DNA of 55,910 nucleotides, taken from a bacterium (GTDB taxonomy: Bacteria > Bacteroidota > Ignavibacteria > UBA10030). Below the pieces are notes generated by a model. The model made no database searches. It had not been told where the DNA came from and worked only from the letters and a program-made list of their open reading frames with translations. The DNA lies in NCBI GenBank assembly GCA_043803945.1, contig JAZDJN010000086.1, positions 1-55,910 of the forward strand. The letters run 5' to 3'. Position numbers and translations under genes: made by a program. Positions 49,871 through 55,910 of this stretch are shown here, piece after piece. Every line of letters begins with the position of its first letter. The stretch's first letter is position 1.

Positions 49871-52768
49871 TTATTTCAGCATCATCATCCGCTTGGTAAA
49901 CGAATGCTCATCTGTTGTTAATGTGTAGAGATACATACCTGAAGGTAATTGTTCGCCAGGATCTGTCTTCCCATTCCACGTTACCGTATACGTTCCCGTC
50001 CTCAAGTTGCTTTTCAACAACGTCGCAACTCTTTGACCAACTAAATTATAGATGGTTAATATGACATTTTGTGATTTTGGAAGTGTGAAGGAGATTTGTG
50101 TCGATGGATTGAAGGGATTAGGATAGTTTTGTTCAAGAATATATCCCGTTGGCACATCCACCAAATTATTAATACTCGTTAAGATGGCTGGTGTGAGGAT
50201 AATAGAAATTGATGCGGCAGAAATATCCTTGGAGGTAGAAACAAATTGCTGGCCCGAATGATATTCAAATTTATCGATCACCACTGTATAGTTACCCGGA
50301 ATAAGCTCTGTGATAGAGAATGCCCCATCATCATCTGTTACGCTATAACCCGCGAGTTTGCCCTGCTCGTCGAGAGCGTACGCTAACGCTCCGGTGATCG
50401 GGTAGAGGTCTGTCCCTTTGCTGAGAGAGTTCAGGGAAGTACCAGTTTTTACCGAGCCAGCAATAGATGAATAATTTATTCCTGCGCCGGGGATTGGTTT
50501 GATAAAGATATTCACACCACTGACAATGTTCCCCTTGATCAGTATTCTCGCTGCTTTCTCCCAGTATAAGGTGCTTCCTGCTGTGTTATAGAACGCTGGA
50601 GTGAAGCGCCCTAATGGCATCGCAAAGACAAAATATTCTCCTGCCGGGAGATCAGAGAATTTATAATTTCCTTCTGCATCGGTATCTGTGCTGAAGGCTC
50701 CAGGTGTGGTTGAGGGATCTTGTCCCGAGAGACGACTCTTAAATAGAACGACCCGTGCTGTTACACCTTTTTGCGTGGTTGAATCGATTATTTTTCCTGA
50801 GATTATTCCAGTAGCGATTGACGGAATGAGCTTGAGGAGAAAATCAATCTTTGTGGTATCTTTTGTAAGTTTCAAAATATCAGCCGTGAGGAGATCCGGC
50901 TTATTATTATAGAACATCTTGTAATAATTTGTGGCGGATGCCATAATAGTGAACGAGGTCTGCGGCAGCCTGATCGAATATTCTCCGTTTACATTTGTCC
51001 TGACGGAAAAAACAAACTCCGATGTTCCATCAAGGCGAAAATCATTCCCGCTCGTTCCTATTGGATTTCCAACCGAAATATTACCCATTGAAATGGGATT
51101 GGTATTGCAATAATCGAAGAGTTCCTTTGCAGGATTTGTATCAATCGTCGATCCCTTAGCTCCATTCAAGCTGAAGCCTACGGTTGAGAAAGAGACTGTC
51201 GCTTCCTTAATCGGTTTTAAGTCTGAATCGACTACTTTCCCTGACACCATTGCGAAGAGGATAATGACGTTCGCCTTCATTTTGAAGTTAACAGTTGAAG
51301 TCAGGTTTTCCTGTACTTGAATCTTCGCAGCCTTTTCCACGCTTGTTGCACCATCATACCACTGCTCCAAATAGTCAGCAGTCAGCGGTACAGCGCGTGC
51401 ATAATAGACTCCCGTATCAACTTGTACAGAGTACTTTCCGAAGTCATCAGTGGCGACGCTGTATTGCGCAGACGATTGAGTTGAGATGCGATACAACTTC
51501 ACATTGATTTTCGGAAGAGCTTTTCCTGTCGAATCCGTCACGATCCCTGATAGAGTACCCGTGACACCGTTTATGGTAATGGAAAATCCTTGTTCTGCAT
51601 GGCCGCCTTTATTGGAAAAGACTACCAGGGAAACTTTAAATGTTCCTCGTTCGGGTGGTGTCCACTTGATCAAACCCGTTGCAGTATCAATGGTCATGTT
51701 GCGCGGCGTAGAAGAAAGTCGATAGGTGATTATCGCAGTCGGATCTGATGAAGCAGCGGTTACTTGATAGCTATAGGGAACACCCACTAAAGCGGTAAGT
51801 ACCGGTTGAGAAGTAATCGTCACCTTATCGATGACAATGACAATTTTCGGCTTGAGAATAAAGTTGATCGTTATTGTAGCATTTTCTTTAACTACGATCG
51901 GTGTCGCTTTTTCGAAACTCGCGGCACCATCATACCATTGTTGCAGGAGTTCACCACTCGGGGGAACAGCGACAGCAATGTATGTACCGGTATCTACTTT
52001 GCTGATCGTGTATTTGCCTAATTCGTCAGTGACACCTGAAAATTGAGGTGACATCTCTTTGATCTGCTTTACAACATACACAGAGATCCTGACCAGTGGT
52101 TTACCAAGAGAGTCGGTTACCATACCGCTTACTGTACCAGTGGGTCCGCCGATCGTGAGCGCAAAGCCTTGCTCCGCTCTGCCTCCTTTGTTTGAAGTGA
52201 CGAGGATAGAAACTTTAAATGTCCCTTTTTCCAGAGGAGTCCAGGTAATCAGTCCCAGTACCGTATCAATCGCCATCCCCCTGGGTGCCATGGTGAGATT
52301 GTATGTCAGCTTTGATGCAGGATTGCTTGATGCTGCAACGAGCTGGTAGCGATAGGACGTACCAAAAGAGACAATTAACGGAGATTGTGATGTGATTGTA
52401 ATTCGATCCGAAAAGTTCATAACAGCATATGAACTAAAACGGGCAGCCCCACTTTTCATCTTTGCATGAACCTGGTAAATCACCAACGGTTTTTCTGGCA
52501 GAAGGAGAGGTTGATCGGTAGCTGCTTTCGCAGTCGTAGAATCTATACGAACTAAATTTGTAACCGACGATTGTGTAACCGGTTGTTGAGTTCTGAAGAC
52601 GAGATAATATGCAACCGAATCGCCAAAGGTGTTTGTCCAGGTGAGACTCACCTTCCCGCCATCGATTTGTTTTGCGATGAGGGAAAAGTCCTTTTGGTTT
52701 TCCTGCGCTGGTAGTATAGAAATCCAGAGCGTGAGAAGAACGCAACACATGGCAAGGATTTTTTTCAT
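49871..52768 (-). CDS. large secreted Ig-like/carboxypeptidase-regulatory-like repeat protein with T9SS-type sorting domain
   Basis: Signal peptide MKKILAMCC; two cadherin-like (putative Ig) units, several G.VTDS.GKPL..TD..GKY units; EQNYPNPFNP..KRMMMLK. Confidence 0.85.
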   Translation of the reverse strand: MKKILAMCCVLLTLWISILPAQENQKDFSLIAKQIDGGKVSLTWTNTFGDSVAYYLVFRTQQPVTQSSVTNLVRIDSTTAKAATDQPLLLPEKPLVIYQVHAKMKSGAARFSSYAVMNFSDRITITSQSPLIVSFGTSYRYQLVAASSNPASKLTYNLTMAPRGMAIDTVLGLITWTPLEKGTFKVSILVTSNKGGRAEQGFALTIGGPTGTVSGMVTDSLGKPLVRISVYVVKQIKEMSPQFSGVTDELGKYTISKVDTGTYIAVAVPPSGELLQQWYDGAASFEKATPIVVKENATITINFILKPKIVIVIDKVTITSQPVLTALVGVPYSYQVTAASSDPTAIITYRLSSTPRNMTIDTATGLIKWTPPERGTFKVSLVVFSNKGGHAEQGFSITINGVTGTLSGIVTDSTGKALPKINVKLYRISTQSSAQYSVATDDFGKYSVQVDTGVYYARAVPLTADYLEQWYDGATSVEKAAKIQVQENLTSTVNFKMKANVIILFAMVSGKVVDSDLKPIKEATVSFSTVGFSLNGAKGSTIDTNPAKELFDYCNTNPISMGNISVGNPIGTSGNDFRLDGTSEFVFSVRTNVNGEYSIRLPQTSFTIMASATNYYKMFYNNKPDLLTADILKLTKDTTKIDFLLKLIPSIATGIISGKIIDSTTQKGVTARVVLFKSRLSGQDPSTTPGAFSTDTDAEGNYKFSDLPAGEYFVFAMPLGRFTPAFYNTAGSTLYWEKAARILIKGNIVSGVNIFIKPIPGAGINYSSIAGSVKTGTSLNSLSKGTDLYPITGALAYALDEQGKLAGYSVTDDDGAFSITELIPGNYTVVIDKFEYHSGQQFVSTSKDISAASISIILTPAILTSINNLVDVPTGYILEQNYPNPFNPSTQISFTLPKSQNVILTIYNLVGQRVATLLKSNLRTGTYTVTWNGKTDPGEQLPSGMYLYTLTTDEHSFTKRMMMLK

Positions 52769-53503
52769 TGAAAGTGACCCAATTGAAGTAAGAATACTCG
52801 TTGTTTTTCTAAACACCAATTTATATTTGTCATAGATGACAATCAATCGGAATTTCTGTATAGCCAAATAATATCGATTTATTGGGGGATTTTGAAAGCG
52901 GGAAAGGTATTTTCTTATGCTTCGTCAAAACTCTATTCGCGTACAAAATGCTGAATTCAAATTGAAATCGACACTTTTGTCCTGTGTCAATTATCAGGGC
53001 AAAGGCTCACATTATGAGATGTCTCCTATCGTTCTGTCTCGGATTCCTCAAATCAAGAATTCAATTGAGCATAGATAGAACAAGAAGAATCTTTAGTTCT
53101 TACTAGACTTGAGTACTGGCGGACTCGCGCCATTATTTCGTTTACGCTCGTATGTTGCTAATACTTACTGGAAGATGTAGGATAACCAAGGAAAATCTTA
53201 TCTATGATATAAACTTTATAAGTACCAAATTCGGTAAGTGGGTCATTTTCAATATCATCCACTCAGTGGATGCTAATCCATCAATATATAGTTGATTCTT
53301 GCAACAGGGCCAAGCTTGATTATCATCAGGTCAATTCGTACTATTTCTCAATTCTGATAGAGGGAACTGCGCAAATTGCATTCTCCTTGATCAATCATGC
53401 AAGAAGGAGGCAAAATACTCGTGTTGCCAACATAAAAGATTCGTCACTCCCCCGCGAATAATTGACACCATGATACAGCAGATGCCGCTTCATATCGATA
53501 TCT

Positions 53504-53767
53504 TTGCACTGTTCATCTTCCTGGGAACGGTACAGGGAATCTTTCTTTCTACTCATCAACGAGCGGCTTCAGCTCTCGTTTCCCGACCTTCTTGCAAAAT
53601 ACCGAATTGAAGAGTCCCAACGGCTGATGCGAGATCCAAACATCAATGATACCGTCGAAGGGATAGCATACTCCGTTGGTTACCATTCTAAATCCACCTT
53701 TCACTCTGCATTTAAGAAATTTACCGGGCAAACGCCTGCGGAATATAAGGCCTTGATAAAGCGCTAA
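53504..53767 (+). pseudogene. AraC-family regulator C-terminal HTH remnant
   Basis: LLINE..SF.D...YRIEES..L..TVEGIAYSVGYHSKSTFHSAFKKFTGQTPAEY; no N-terminal domain. Confidence 0.8.
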
Positions 53768-53900
53768 AATCGTTGTTATTCAATCTGTTCTGTGCGATCC
53801 TATAGTTTCGGACTCCGTTCTTATAGGGGCGTTCTAAAATCCTGTAACTTCGCCCCTATATTGCACCGTATCAATCGCCACCACTAACAAGGAGTCCACT

Positions 53901-54917
53901 ATGTCACAGTTCACCCAACTTCAAAATCGGCGGTACGACCTCGATTGGCTGAGGGTTTTCGCCATCCTTCTCGTTCTTCTGTTCCACGTCGGTATGTTTT
54001 TCGTCCATTGGCCCTGGCATATAAAAAATCCTGAGACAAGCCGAGGATTTGGCTACGTTATGGTGTTTCTCCACCAATGGCGCATGCCCCTTTTACTGTT
54101 CATCTCGGGGGCCGGGACAATGCTGGCTTTTTCCAGGCGCAGCAAAGGAGAGTTCGCACTCGAACGGACAAGACGACTGTTCGTCCCTTTAATCTTTTCA
54201 ATGCTAGTTGTCGTTCCCCCTCAGATCTATTTCGAGAGGATTGCCTCCTATTCATCATGTCTAGATTTCTATCGGACGGTATTCGATTTCGTTCCATATC
54301 CAATGGGTGGCAGCTTCTCCTGGCTTCATATGTGGTTCGTCCTGTATCTGTTTCTTTATTCACTGATTGCTATACCCATCATCGCATTCCTGCGATCCGA
54401 ACGATCGGCTGGTTGTATTGCATGGATTGAGCGATACTTCGCCCGACCGTGGGGTTTCATCTCCTACGCACTGCTGATTATATTCTCACAGGCAATCCTT
54501 CGACCGTATTTCCCGGATGAAACTCACACACTCATCGATGACTGGGCCTATGCCACACAGCTATTTCTGTTCTTCCTCGCGGGTCTCGTTGTGTCGGTGA
54601 GCCCTAAACTGTGGGAAATCCTTTTAAGGCGCAGGCGGAACCATCTTATGGCGGCCCTGGCATCGCTTACGCTGATGGAGGTACTGTATGCGGTGGACTG
54701 GGATTCACTTCAACCATATCTTACCGTTGATGTTGAAACCATCTGGGACGTCAACACTCTCATCGTAGCATGGACGTGGGTGATTGCAATTATCGGATAC
54801 GGGCAGAGATATCTTAACAAGAAGAGCATCATTCGGAATGAAACCAAAGAGAGCGGAGTTAGAGAAAGAACAATCTCATGCTCTACGATCTCCTATCTCT
54901 TCAGAAGGATTAATTGA
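53901..54917 (+). CDS. acyltransferase_3 (OpgC/MdoC-like) membrane acyltransferase, probably C-terminally truncated
   Basis: RRYDLDWLR, WRMPLLLFISG, ERTRRLFVPL, HMWF; after YLNKKS the sequence loses family character (no ANE..YPFYILHQ segment). Confidence 0.8.
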   Translation: MSQFTQLQNRRYDLDWLRVFAILLVLLFHVGMFFVHWPWHIKNPETSRGFGYVMVFLHQWRMPLLLFISGAGTMLAFSRRSKGEFALERTRRLFVPLIFSMLVVVPPQIYFERIASYSSCLDFYRTVFDFVPYPMGGSFSWLHMWFVLYLFLYSLIAIPIIAFLRSERSAGCIAWIERYFARPWGFISYALLIIFSQAILRPYFPDETHTLIDDWAYATQLFLFFLAGLVVSVSPKLWEILLRRRRNHLMAALASLTLMEVLYAVDWDSLQPYLTVDVETIWDVNTLIVAWTWVIAIIGYGQRYLNKKSIIRNETKESGVRERTISCSTISYLFRRIN

Positions 54918-55203
54918 ACCAGCACGCCTTCCTTCCATCTCGGATGTGTAGCTGGATCGACCTGATGAGTTGAATACAGTATGATGGCATGCTTTCTTAA
55001 TTGATACATCAACAATCCTGGAGGAGTTACCCAAAATGAACTCTGAAAAAAGATCCGGCATTCTCCGTCTCAAAACTCCGATCACCATGTTTATTGCACT
55101 TATGATTGATCGAATAATAAGACAAATTAAAAACCTGGCGGGATTTCGTCCCGATATCGATGGACATCGGGACTCAACTTGCATTCTAATTTCTGCTCAT
55201 TCC

Positions 55204-55250
55204 ACAAAAACGAATCCGCCCGACACAAGATCGGGCGTTTCGTTTTTTGT
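55204..55250. terminator. bidirectional rho-independent terminator-like hairpin
   Basis: ACAAAAACGAA-TC-CGCCCGA-cacaaga-TCGGGCG-T-TTCGTTTTTTGT. Confidence 0.65.
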
Positions 55251-55268
55251 AGCGGGGGCCCGGAATGC
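55249..55268 (-). other. tRNA-3'-end-like segment (candidate att site)
   Basis: Reverse strand TTCCGGGCCCCCGCTAC resembles the tRNA-Met(ini) 3' end ATCCGGCCCCCGC(A/T)AC, directly followed by a terminator; no full cloverleaf. Confidence 0.45.
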
Positions 55269-55626
55269 ACACGATTGTAACTTGAGACTCCTACCAGTAG
55301 ATTTACTTTGTATCCCTGTTTCAGAAGACCTGAGTTGACTACTTTCACCAGAAAATCTCCAAATAACCAAGACACACTGGATCACAGTCTAGTCACTTTT
55401 TTTCTCGAACCTCTTTCGGCTCCGCTGTACGGAGTCTCCCGCTCTGTGGATTCCGCTCACCGAGCGGGATTCTGAGAAAGCGGAACCGTAAAGCGGGACA
55501 AGAAGTTTTCCATCACCCATAGCTGATGTATCGACTCTGCACTCGTCGGCAGCTGTACTCTTGACTGTACCTAACCTGCTCTGGTTCCCCGATCTCATGG
55601 AAAAGTCACCTGCAAGGAAAGATCTC

Positions 55627-55848
55627 TTAGACGACCAGTTGAGACCGTACCAACTCCCTTTTTGCTTTTTCACGGTTGCAAGTACATCCAGCATCGGCGC
55701 CATCCCTGTACACGCTCAAAGCAATATGAATTGATATCACCACCGTGGCCACTGCGATAAGCAAAGCTCCAACGGTAGTGGTAAGACCGATAAGGATGAG
55801 CACTCGTGCAAGCTCCGGGTCGATGCCAAGGACGAAATTGGATTCCAT
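55627..55848 (-). CDS. small membrane hypothetical protein
   Basis: GGAG RBS before ATG; one long hydrophobic segment. Confidence 0.35.
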   Translation of the reverse strand: MESNFVLGIDPELARVLILIGLTTTVGALLIAVATVVISIHIALSVYRDGADAGCTCNREKAKRELVRSQLVV

Positions 55849-55910
55849 AGTCGCTCCATTTCAGCCATCTTTTATATTAAGAATAAAATCCTATTTAAAT
55901 ATTTAACTAA

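Noticed and set aside
55036-55703. ORFs 55036-55338 and 55389-55703 as genes
   Set aside because: No recognisable domains; the first spans a terminator hairpin

Overview
Bacterial accessory region, probably from an Ignavibacteria/Bacteroidota-Chlorobi-type organism (inferred from three proteins with C-terminal T9SS-type 'NYPNPFNP...K(L/M)MLLK' sorting domains). The left half (1-26.3 kb) is a defence island with three DNA-modification modules separated by two secreted glycoside-hydrolase-like genes. Module 1 is a low-GC operon vsr / ParB-Srx-like protein / REase-like protein / C5 methyltransferase. Module 2 is a UvrD helicase plus a split Fe-S PD-(D/E)xK nuclease, type III Mod, ORF6N, Res and a BRCT protein. 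Module 3 is a reverse-strand operon C5 methyltransferase / MORC-type GHKL ATPase fused to a histidine kinase / receiver-domain effector / small REase-like protein / vsr. The right half carries HsmA-like, DUF6599 and DUF362 genes, a kinase-less propeller sensor, a secreted esterase and two B12-radical SAM genes. These are divergent from an operon for a glycyl-radical enzyme with an atypical GCHW cysteine loop, its activase, a UroD-like protein and a sugar ABC importer. Further right are a broken secreted multiheme protein, a tandem HNH-like protein, a large T9SS adhesin-like protein and several truncated genes ending at a tRNA-3'-end-like att/terminator site. No complete rRNA, tRNA, CRISPR array or transposase was seen. 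All family calls come from motif recognition by eye, not from database searches.
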